Source of the DNA: Desulfuromonadales bacterium
Lineage (GTDB): Bacteria; Desulfobacterota; Desulfuromonadia; Desulfuromonadales; SZUA-540
Direction: 5' to 3'
Assembly: GCA_033549025.1 (NCBI GenBank)
Contig: JAWSUS010000001.1
Location: forward strand, 32,001 to 96,000
DNA length: 64,000 nt
Shown here: positions 1-7,331 of the stretch, piece after piece
Position numbering within the stretch: position 1 is the first letter of the stretch
How the letters are laid out: every line of letters starts with the position of its first letter
Position numbers and translations under genes: made by a program
The notes under the pieces: generated by a model
Told to the model about the DNA's origin: nothing
Database searches by the model: none
The model's input: only the letters and a program-made list of their open reading frames with translations

Positions 1-1
1 C

Positions 2-1360
2 GACTATCAGGACCAGGTCGACGGCGAGGCGCAGGCCTCCACCGGCGACCTCAGCGTCTCCACCGCCCACCCCATCGGGCGGGTGCGCGGCGTCTATCGG
101 GCCACCGACACCAACCGCACCGGCACCAACTACTTTGCCGGCGGCAGCGCCACAGCCAACACACAGACCATCACCTTGGGGATCTCGCCCGGGGCCACCG
201 GCACGCCCCTGCTCATCGATTACGACATCTACAACGGCTTGCCCGTGGGGGCCTCGCTGTCGCCCACGTCCACCCTGGTGGATAGCGGCGGTTTTGCCAC
301 CACCACCATCGGCGCCGGCACCACCCTCGGCACCGCCGTGGTCACCGCCTCGGCTTTGGGGCAAAGCGGCACGGCCGAACTGGCCCTGATCGGCAGCGCC
401 ATCGGCTCACTCCAGGTCACCATCGACCCCGCCGTGCTGCGGGCCCGCCAGGGCGACACCGGCGCCCCGATGACCGTCACGGATGAAGCCTGCGTGGTGG
501 CCAGTGCCGTCGACCTCGGCATGACCCGCCCCTATGTGGCCGTGGACAACAAGATCGTGGTGGCCGAATCGGTCTATATCGGCGGCGTGCGCCAGTCGGT
601 GGCCTACTGGACCAACGACGAAACCCTGGAAGATTACCGCATCTACCTCAACGGCTCGCTCCTGGACGGCTCACCCGCTCTGGCCAACTACACCAGCATC
701 GTGGGCGAAGCCGAAGACGATCAGCAGGCGACCATCACCGCCGTGGTCACCGACAGCGCTGGCGACCCGGTCAGCGACGGCGAGGCCGTCAAGTTCGAGC
801 TGATCGGACAGACGGCGGGAGCCTCCCTCGACATCAGCCAGGGCTATACCGTCGACGGCGAAGTCGAGGCCGTGCTGACGGCCGGCAATGTGGCCGAGTT
901 CACCGTGCGGGTCACCGCCGGGCCGCTCTTTTACGAGGGCACCGTCTCCGTCGTGCTCAACCCCACCGGCGCCGAAGAAGATTCGTCCGAGTCGGGCACC
1001 GGCGGGCTGATCCGCCCACGCGATACGGCCTGCGGGTCGGGCTATCTGGTCAGCGCTGACGATACCTGCTGCAAAGAGTCGCCCAAAGACAGCGACGGCC
1101 CCTCCGGCTCGATCTGCGGCAAGCGCCGTCTGGTGGGCTGCGACGGCGAAGGGCTGGCCAAGGTCTGGGTCAAGGTCTGCGGCAACATCCTCACCCAGAC
1201 TGACGAAGACGGCTGGTTCCACTTCTGCTGCGGCGCCGAGGGCGCCAATACCGGCATCGCCTTCTACCAGGGCGAAGAGCATCAGATCTCCTGGACCATC
1301 GACCCCGCTGGCAGCGAGAGCCGTGGCGAGAGCAGCTTTACCGAGGGCTGCACCGTATGA
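2..1360 (+). CDS. Putative phage tail/adhesin protein with invasin-type Ig-like (Big_1) segments and a Cys-rich C-terminus (5'-truncated by window edge)
   Basis: Frame open from base 2 (DYQDQVDGEAQ...). ATITAVVTDSAGDPVSDGEAVKF...GEVEAVLTAG and GGFATTTIGAGTTLGTAVVTASA resemble Big_1; VKVCGNILTQTDEDGWF resembles a carboxypeptidase-regulatory-like fold. Confidence 0.65.
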   Translation, partial: DYQDQVDGEAQASTGDLSVSTAHPIGRVRGVYRATDTNRTGTNYFAGGSATANTQTITLGISPGATGTPLLIDYDIYNGLPVGASLSPTSTLVDSGGFATTTIGAGTTLGTAVVTASALGQSGTAELALIGSAIGSLQVTIDPAVLRARQGDTGAPMTVTDEACVVASAVDLGMTRPYVAVDNKIVVAESVYIGGVRQSVAYWTNDETLEDYRIYLNGSLLDGSPALANYTSIVGEAEDDQQATITAVVTDSAGDPVSDGEAVKFELIGQTAGASLDISQGYTVDGEVEAVLTAGNVAEFTVRVTAGPLFYEGTVSVVLNPTGAEEDSSESGTGGLIRPRDTACGSGYLVSADDTCCKESPKDSDGPSGSICGKRRLVGCDGEGLAKVWVKVCGNILTQTDEDGWFHFCCGAEGANTGIAFYQGEEHQISWTIDPAGSESRGESSFTEGCTV

Positions 1361-2406
1361 GCGATATAAGGCTGTGCAACCAGGCCAGCCAGCAGGCGCA
1401 GAGCGACATCAGGCTGTGCAAGCAAACCCAAGAGCCAACCTCGCGAGAGATCGTGCTGTGCGAGCAGCCAACCGAATGCCCGCCTGACGCTCCTGATTTT
1501 ACCTATGAGATCGTCGGCAACCAGATGCGGGTACTGACAGGGCAAACGCCCCTGTTTCGGGTGGTGGGCGCACCGTGCGGAACCGGTCAGCCCAGTGATA
1601 CACTCGCCATTGGTCAGTGGGTCGCGCTCAATTGCCGGTGCAGCTCCGCCATTATCGACGCCTGCGGCCGCTCCACGCCTGCGGCCTATGGCGATCCGAC
1701 CAACCCGCCGCCGGTGGTGAGCGGCCCTGATACCATCGGCGTGGGCTCTACCTATATCGTGACCGATGGAGACCCGCCATTCACCTGGGATGCCGCCGGC
1801 GCGCATTTCACCGAGGGCACCCGCTCGATACAGATCACCAGCATAGCCGAGGTGTGCAGCGGCAGTGTATCGGTCAGCGATGTTTGTGGCCGCACCGACT
1901 CGATGAGTGTGACCGTGGGTGGGGTGCTCACCCTGACTGGTACCGAAACGCCCGTGGTTGGCAGCCAATACGGCGTCAGCGGCGGCAAAGCCCCCTATCT
2001 TTGGTCGATCTCCTGCGGGTCAATCGATGAGACCGGCCAGATCACCAGCCTGGACGGCTGTTGCGGCAGCGGCACGGTATCGGTATCGGATGCCTGCGGT
2101 GGCAATGCTGTCATGGATGTGCGGTTTGCGGATGGGCAGTGGGTGTTTTTGGGGTGGCAAAAAACGGGCACGCTACAGGGGCAAGGTTCCTGCCATACCA
2201 TGAATATTGAGGGTGCTCCTGTCGACTGTGAGGCCTTTGTAGTCACGGGCTGTGCCAGTTTCCCATCGGAGTATGTGTCTCGGGCCGGGCGCTGCGCGAC
2301 GCACCGTGTGTATGAGCAATGCGATGTATGGAGTGACGGGGTGACGCCGATTTATATCAGGAAGATTTATTACTGCCGCCCCATCGAAGAATGGCAATGC
2401 CTATGA
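1357..2406 (+). CDS. Cys-rich phage protein with two Ig-like (He_PIG-like) repeats
   Basis: ATGA overlap with upstream gene; 21 Cys in 349 aa; repeated units GDPPFTW...QITS...SVSVSDVCG and GKAPYLW...QITS...TVSVSDACG; N-terminal SDIRLC repeats. Confidence 0.65.
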   Translation: MSDIRLCNQASQQAQSDIRLCKQTQEPTSREIVLCEQPTECPPDAPDFTYEIVGNQMRVLTGQTPLFRVVGAPCGTGQPSDTLAIGQWVALNCRCSSAIIDACGRSTPAAYGDPTNPPPVVSGPDTIGVGSTYIVTDGDPPFTWDAAGAHFTEGTRSIQITSIAEVCSGSVSVSDVCGRTDSMSVTVGGVLTLTGTETPVVGSQYGVSGGKAPYLWSISCGSIDETGQITSLDGCCGSGTVSVSDACGGNAVMDVRFADGQWVFLGWQKTGTLQGQGSCHTMNIEGAPVDCEAFVVTGCASFPSEYVSRAGRCATHRVYEQCDVWSDGVTPIYIRKIYYCRPIEEWQCL

Positions 2407-2774
2407 AAACCATCGCCGAGCGCATTTATTTAGGCGAAACCGCCACGCAGATCGGCATCACCCCGGCCGAGTGGGAAAGCCGGCAGCGGCTGGTGCAGGA
2501 GTTCGTCGTAATGTGGCCCGGTGACGATGACTTCAGCTCGGCCTACCGGGCCTGGATCGCCACCCGAGCCGAGGGGCAGCGTGGCCGCTCCGCCCAAACC
2601 ACTGTCACGGCGGCCCCTGCCGGGCAGCGTGGCCTGGGGGATACGGTGGCGGCGATCACGCAGGCGACCGGCCTGGACAAGCTGGCGCACCTCTACACCA
2701 GGGTCACGGGCAAAGACTGCGGCTGCAAACGCCGCCAGGCGCTGTTGAACAAACTGGTACCATACAGGAGATAA
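2403..2774 (+). CDS. Small phage protein with GLGD...CGC motif
   Basis: ATGA overlap at 2403; C-terminal GLGDTVAAITQATGLDKLAHLYTRVTGKDCGCKRRQALLNKLVPY is a motif I recognise from uncharacterised phage proteins. Confidence 0.65.
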   Translation: MKTIAERIYLGETATQIGITPAEWESRQRLVQEFVVMWPGDDDFSSAYRAWIATRAEGQRGRSAQTTVTAAPAGQRGLGDTVAAITQATGLDKLAHLYTRVTGKDCGCKRRQALLNKLVPYRR

Positions 2775-2775
2775 T

Positions 2776-3543
2776 ATGGATCTGCAGAGCACGCAAATCA
2801 AACAGATCATCGACCGGGGCGGGCTGCTCTACCTGTTCAGCGAGGGCGGAGTGGATATCTACCGGCAGGACACCTGGCAGCGCCAAGCCTGGGCCTCCCT
2901 GCCCGGCGTACGATCCGGCGCGGTCAATGATCTGGGAGTCTGGCTTGGCACCGCGTTTGGTGTCTGGCATCTGCCCCACGGGGTAAGCGGCGGCGCCAGC
3001 AGTCGGCTGACGCTCACCTACACTGATCTGACAGCCACCGCCCTGGCCAGTGCCGATGTCAAAGGCCTGGCCGGCCTGGGCAGTGCGCTGGCGGTTGTCA
3101 CCGCCGCCGGGGTCGATTTTATTCCGGCACCCGGGGCCGTCTATCGCTACACCGGCCTGCTATTGCCGGGGGCGGTGGCGCTATCCTCCACGTCGCTGGC
3201 CTATGCGGTGCAGTCCGGTCTGCACCTGGTGGCTATCCCTGCGGTAGACTGGGACGCCACCGCCGCCACAGTACTGTCGACCACCAGCACCCCGGCCCTG
3301 CTGAGCGATTCAGTGCAGGCGCTGGCCTGGGGCACCGATCTCTTTATCGGCACGGTCGGCGGTCTCAACGTGTTTGACCCGGGCGCCGTCAGCCTGGCGG
3401 CCATCACCAGCGAGCTGGGCACCGTGGTCGATGTCAAGGCCCTCTCGCCCACGCCGACGGCTACCGCAGCGGCCGGGTTTTGCGCGGTCGGCACGGCCGA
3501 TGGGGCCAATGGCGGGCAATTCACTATTTTGCAGATGGGGTAA
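2776..3543 (+). CDS. Beta-propeller-like phage protein, paralogue of the next gene
   Basis: LLSDSVQALAWGTDLFIGTVGGLNVFDP resembles a Reg_prop-type blade; aligns end to end with 3546..4967 apart from the LamG insert. Confidence 0.65.
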   Translation: MDLQSTQIKQIIDRGGLLYLFSEGGVDIYRQDTWQRQAWASLPGVRSGAVNDLGVWLGTAFGVWHLPHGVSGGASSRLTLTYTDLTATALASADVKGLAGLGSALAVVTAAGVDFIPAPGAVYRYTGLLLPGAVALSSTSLAYAVQSGLHLVAIPAVDWDATAATVLSTTSTPALLSDSVQALAWGTDLFIGTVGGLNVFDPGAVSLAAITSELGTVVDVKALSPTPTATAAAGFCAVGTADGANGGQFTILQMG

Positions 3544-3545
3544 CT

Positions 3546-4967
3546 ATGCAACTGACGCTACTGGGCACCACCGTCAAAAAGATCGTCGGCTACGGCGCCA
3601 ATCTTTACCATTTTACCGAGGCCGGTCTGGACGTACACACGCAGGCCGAAGGCACCCGGCTGGCCTGGGCTTCGCTGGCCAATGTGACCTGTGGCGCGGT
3701 AAACGACAACGGCATTTATCTCGGCACATCCGCCGCCGGGGTCTATTTTTTGCCGCATTCGTCGGTGTCCACCGGCGGCGACCGGACTGCGGATTTGGTT
3801 CAGCAACTGACGACAACCAGCACTCCGGCCCTGCTTAGCAATGCCGTAACCGGGCTAGTAGGCAGAGGGACGAAGCTGCTCGCCACGACTGGCGGCGGTG
3901 TCAACTATCTGCCTGACACGCTCACCGTGTACAAATACACGGATGTAGCAGGATGTTCGGCCCCGGCAATCTCCACTACGGCCATCGCGTATGTTGCGAG
4001 CGATGGGATCGCCTACACCAAGGCATACCCTTCAGCAGATTGGGCCACAGCAACAGGGGTCCCCTTGGCGACGAATCCTTTCTTGAGTTTTGATGGAGTT
4101 GATGACAATGTAAATTGCGGCGACGTATTAGATATGGGGCTCAGTGACCGGACATATGAAATATGGCTGAGAACAACGCAGTCCGTCAGTTCATTCTGCC
4201 TATCAAAATCTATATCGAAGGTCGAACCCTGTAGATGGGGGCTAGCACCTGTATTCGATAACGGAAAACCTTTATTCTTTTCCAACTTTGTGAACGTCGA
4301 TATTCTTACGGAAGCCACAACTGCCGTCAACGACGGCGCATGGCATCATCTAGCCGTGACTATTGACCGCAGCGCGAACATAACCCTTTATGTTGATGGA
4401 GTTGCGGAAGCGGTTACAGACATATCAGCCCATGCAGCTGTTGATTTCCAGAGTGCCAATTTTTTCCGCATAGGAGCCTATACGGGGTCCACTGTGTCCT
4501 CCACTACTTGGCTCTTCGACGGGGACATATCCGAAGTCCGAGTATGGGACATGGCACTGTCTCCGACTGATATCCAGAATAACATGTACGCCACTTTAAC
4601 AGGCTCGGAACCCGGCCTTTTGGCCTTGTACAACTTCGAGGATACTGGGTCGACTCTGACCGATAGCGCCGGGACGAATGATGGTCTCATTACCGGAGGG
4701 ACCTGGGGTAATGAGCCAGTGCCGCCGGAGGCCATTAATGATCTATCGTATGGCGGCGACCTGTTTGCGGCTACGGATGACGGGGTAATTGTCTGGGACG
4801 GATTTAGCTCCAAAACCCTCACGACCGAACTCGGCACGGTACAGAATGTGGTGGCCATCCACCCCGGCAGCACGGCGACCAAAACCACCGGCTATCTCGC
4901 CTATGGCACTAGTGACGGAGTGGATGGTGGGCAGTTCGGTGTGCTCAATATGGCGGAGGTGCCCTGA
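3546..4967 (+). CDS. Beta-propeller-like phage protein with inserted LamG/concanavalin-A-like lectin domain; candidate receptor-binding protein
   Basis: ATG at 3546, 2 nt after the upstream stop; LamG signature FLSFDGVDD...NDGAWHHLAVT...LYVDG...FDGDISEVRVWDMALS...LLALYNF at ~4077-4706. Confidence 0.75.
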   Translation: MQLTLLGTTVKKIVGYGANLYHFTEAGLDVHTQAEGTRLAWASLANVTCGAVNDNGIYLGTSAAGVYFLPHSSVSTGGDRTADLVQQLTTTSTPALLSNAVTGLVGRGTKLLATTGGGVNYLPDTLTVYKYTDVAGCSAPAISTTAIAYVASDGIAYTKAYPSADWATATGVPLATNPFLSFDGVDDNVNCGDVLDMGLSDRTYEIWLRTTQSVSSFCLSKSISKVEPCRWGLAPVFDNGKPLFFSNFVNVDILTEATTAVNDGAWHHLAVTIDRSANITLYVDGVAEAVTDISAHAAVDFQSANFFRIGAYTGSTVSSTTWLFDGDISEVRVWDMALSPTDIQNNMYATLTGSEPGLLALYNFEDTGSTLTDSAGTNDGLITGGTWGNEPVPPEAINDLSYGGDLFAATDDGVIVWDGFSSKTLTTELGTVQNVVAIHPGSTATKTTGYLAYGTSDGVDGGQFGVLNMAEVP

Positions 4968-5857
4968 TGAACCCTATCTCTGGAGATGTGCAGGCCGTCT
5001 GGGTCTCCGATGACGGCAGCCTGGCCGCCTATGATGATAACCTGATATCGACCTCGGCACCGCCTGCCGGCGTGACGGTAGTCACCACCACCGCCGGCGA
5101 CACCACCGCCTGCTGGCTTGACCCGCAGGTGCAGGCGGCGATCAGGGGCGCCATCCTGGTGCAGTATGCCCAGATCGCAGCAGCATCACCCGCCAATGGC
5201 GCCCGCGAAGTGCGGCGGGACTGGTCTCTGTACGCCGAGGTCACCGACAGTCTGGGTGGCATCGCCAGCGTCACCCTCACGATCAACGGGCAGGAAGTAA
5301 CGCCCACCCTCACGGCCATCACCAACGGCTATCGGGTCGAGTACACCCCGGCCAGCCCATCAGGATACCGCGAGACAGTCCGCGTGGCCCTGTCGGCCAT
5401 CGATGCGCACGGCTTCACCATCACCGAGCAATGGAGCTTTATCACCGCTGCCGCGCCCGTGGCCACCGTCAGCAGCGCCCCTCCGCCCAACGTGGTCTGC
5501 ATCCGCGATATCGGCCTGACCGCTGCCGAGGCCGACGACACGGTGAGCGGGGTGCCGGTGGTCTGGCTGGAGGATATCGTGTCACCTTTGATTGTCACTG
5601 ACATCCAAGCCTCTCGGGTTGGTAAAGTAGCGATCGACGGGGTGACCTTTCACGAATGGCGGCTGTCGGCGGCTTTTTTGCCTGCCGACGCTGATGGGGT
5701 TCCCGCTCGTACCTTGAGATGTGGTGAGACTGTGGCTGTGTCGGTACCGGCGCTCGGGTTGGTGTCGCAGGCATGCGTGTTACTGGCGAAGACCCGCGCA
5801 GCTAGCGGCGGGGTAGTGCGCTATCAGCTTTCATTGGCCTATTTTGAGGCGGCGTGA
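4967..5857 (+). CDS. Phage protein with Big_5/SbsA-like Ig domain
   Basis: TGATG overlap; SPANGAREV...TLTINGQEV...VEYTP...TEQWSFIT resembles Big_5. Confidence 0.6.
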   Translation: MNPISGDVQAVWVSDDGSLAAYDDNLISTSAPPAGVTVVTTTAGDTTACWLDPQVQAAIRGAILVQYAQIAAASPANGAREVRRDWSLYAEVTDSLGGIASVTLTINGQEVTPTLTAITNGYRVEYTPASPSGYRETVRVALSAIDAHGFTITEQWSFITAAAPVATVSSAPPPNVVCIRDIGLTAAEADDTVSGVPVVWLEDIVSPLIVTDIQASRVGKVAIDGVTFHEWRLSAAFLPADADGVPARTLRCGETVAVSVPALGLVSQACVLLAKTRAASGGVVRYQLSLAYFEAA

Positions 5858-6105
5858 ACATGGTCTTAAGGGACATTAAAAACAGCTTTACAGTCGACCA
5901 GGTCAATATTATGCCGGGCAGAATTGTTGCAGTCAGCAGCGCAACAGTCCAGGTTCTGCTGCATTCAGGTAAGATTGTTCGCGCAGTTGGCGTGGAATAT
6001 GGGGTTGGAGAACAGGTGCTGCTACATACCGATGGACGCAGCTATTCTGTGGCGGGATCGGCCATGCGGGCCCCCTTAGATGGAGAGAGGGTCGAACACG
6101 TTTAG
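5854..6105 (+). CDS. Small hypothetical phage protein (beta-rich, possible OB-fold)
   Basis: GTGA overlap (alternative ATG at 5860); GRIVAVSSATVQV...YGVGEQVLL pattern; last gene before the putative att site. Confidence 0.5.
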   Translation: MNMVLRDIKNSFTVDQVNIMPGRIVAVSSATVQVLLHSGKIVRAVGVEYGVGEQVLLHTDGRSYSVAGSAMRAPLDGERVEHV

Positions 6106-6107
6106 CA

Positions 6108-6180
6108 AGTGCCAAACCGAGCGCAATCCAGTGCCAAAACGCGCGGGGTGTTACAAAACGGCAGGCACATTCCAGGCACA
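6108..6180. repeat. GTGCC-core repeats, putative tyrosine-integrase arm-type sites
   Basis: AGTGCCAAA at 6108-6116 and 6130-6138 (22 bp apart); CAGGCACA at 6162-6169 and 6173-6180 (11 bp apart, opposite orientation of the GTGCC core). Confidence 0.55.
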
Positions 6181-6185
6181 GAGCA

Positions 6186-6229
6186 TAAAAAAGGGGTTAG
6201 CGACATATCGCTAACCCCTTGATTTTTTA
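6186..6229. terminator. Intrinsic terminator downstream of tRNA-Val, probably bidirectional
   Basis: 13-bp stem AAGGGGTTAGCGA/TCGCTAACCCCTT flanked by an A-tract and a T-tract. Confidence 0.8.
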
Positions 6230-6304
6230 TGGTGGGCGTTATTGGGATTGAACCAATGACCCCTGCCGTGTGAAGGCAGTGCTCTCCCGCTGAGCTAAAC
6301 GCCC
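6230..6304 (-). tRNA. tRNA-Val(CAC)
   Basis: GGGCGTTTAGCTCAGCGGGAGAGCA-CTGCC TT CAC AC GGCAG-GGGTC ATTGG TTCAATC CCAAT AACGCCC ACCA; full cloverleaf, encoded CCA. Confidence 0.97.
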
Positions 6305-6318
6305 CTTGGTGGGAGGTC

Positions 6319-6348
6319 TTTATAGCAATTTGAAGCCGAAAGTGTCAA
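6319..6348 (-). promoter_or_regulatory. Sigma70 promoter for tRNA-Val
   Basis: TTGACA-18 nt-TATAAA with extended TG. Confidence 0.7.
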
Positions 6349-6352
6349 CCGT

Positions 6353-7306
6353 TTATTCAGTATCCAGCTTAAGGCTGTGCTGCAGAATCTGCTCGACGGC
6401 ACTGTAGGGGTCGACCTCGCGGCGGGCGATAGCCTGGATGGTCTCAGACAGACGGTTATCGGCATGCAGGTGGCTGTAAACCTGGAGGAACAGGGCATCC
6501 TTGAGCAATTCGGTGAAATGGGTCGCGCTTTTGTTTTCTTCAAAATGCGTCATCTCACCGCTCTGCACCAGATGCGCGTGGTGGGCCTCTATCTTGTCGA
6601 TGAGTTCGGCGATGCCATCCTGACGAGCGGCCACGGTCTTGACGACGGGCGGCCACCATTTGCCTTCAGGGGGATGATTCATCTCTATCATGACTTCGAG
6701 ATCGCGAACGGTGCGATCGGCGTCAGGGCGATCGGCCTTGTTGACGGCAAAGACGTCACCGATTTCCAGAATCCCGGCCTTGATGGCCTGGATATCGTCG
6801 CCAAGGCCCGGAACGCTCACCACCACGGAAGTATGGGCCGTGCGCACGATCTCGACTTCGTCCTGGCCGACGCCGACGGTCTCGACGATGATGATCTCCC
6901 AGCCCATGGCGTCGAAAACATTGACGATGTCGGCGGTGGAGTTGGACAGGCCGCCGAGATGGCCGCGGGTGCCGAGGGAGCGAATGAAGACGCCGTCGTC
7001 GGAAGAGTGGCGGTTCATCCGGATGCGGTCGCCGAGGATGGCGCCACCGGTAAAGGGGCTGGTCGGGTCGATGGCGACCACGGCGACGGTCTTGCCTTTT
7101 TTGCGGTAGGCCTCAATGACCTTGTCGGTCAGGGTGGATTTGCCGGCGCCGGGCGGACCGGTGATGCCGATGATGTAGGCGCGCCCGGTATGCGGGTAGA
7201 GCTTTTTCAGTTCTTCGGTGGCGCTGGGCATGCCGTCATCGATATCGCGCATGAGGCGCGCGGCAGAGCGGATGTCGCCTTGAAGTATTTTGTCGGCAAG
7301 TGACAT
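6353..7306 (-). CDS. meaB: Methylmalonyl-CoA mutase-associated GTPase MeaB/ArgK
   Basis: GITGPPGAGKST, DPTSPFTGGAILGDRIRM, ETVGVGQDE, NKAD. Confidence 0.95.
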   Translation of the reverse strand: MSLADKILQGDIRSAARLMRDIDDGMPSATEELKKLYPHTGRAYIIGITGPPGAGKSTLTDKVIEAYRKKGKTVAVVAIDPTSPFTGGAILGDRIRMNRHSSDDGVFIRSLGTRGHLGGLSNSTADIVNVFDAMGWEIIIVETVGVGQDEVEIVRTAHTSVVVSVPGLGDDIQAIKAGILEIGDVFAVNKADRPDADRTVRDLEVMIEMNHPPEGKWWPPVVKTVAARQDGIAELIDKIEAHHAHLVQSGEMTHFEENKSATHFTELLKDALFLQVYSHLHADNRLSETIQAIARREVDPYSAVEQILQHSLKLDTE

Positions 7307-7331
7307 GACAGGAGGATTCCTTTTCTGTGAA

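Larger units (their letters stand above)
1..6229 (+). mobile_element. Distal end of a probable prophage/integrative element inserted at the 3' end of tRNA-Val(CAC); continues left of the window
   Basis: Seven co-oriented, overlapping or abutting ORFs with virion/adhesin-like domains and no housekeeping function end ~125 bp from the tRNA CCA end, with arm-like repeats in the gap. No integrase or capsid gene in the window, so the element type is inferred. Confidence 0.75.

Noticed and set aside
3480..3545. Upstream extension of the LamG gene in the ORF track
   Set aside because: It overlaps the previous gene; the paralogue alignment begins at the ATG at 3546
1357..4967. Diversity-generating retroelement or shufflon acting on the phage adhesins
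   Set aside because: No reverse transcriptase, template/variable repeat pair, invertase or inverted crossover sites seen in the window; cannot be excluded upstream
6377..7303. Long antisense ORFs (also 24196..25179, 45677..47005, 55720..57282 and others)
   Set aside because: They mirror well-conserved genes on the opposite strand, as expected from high-GC codon bias, and have no RBS or recognisable motifs
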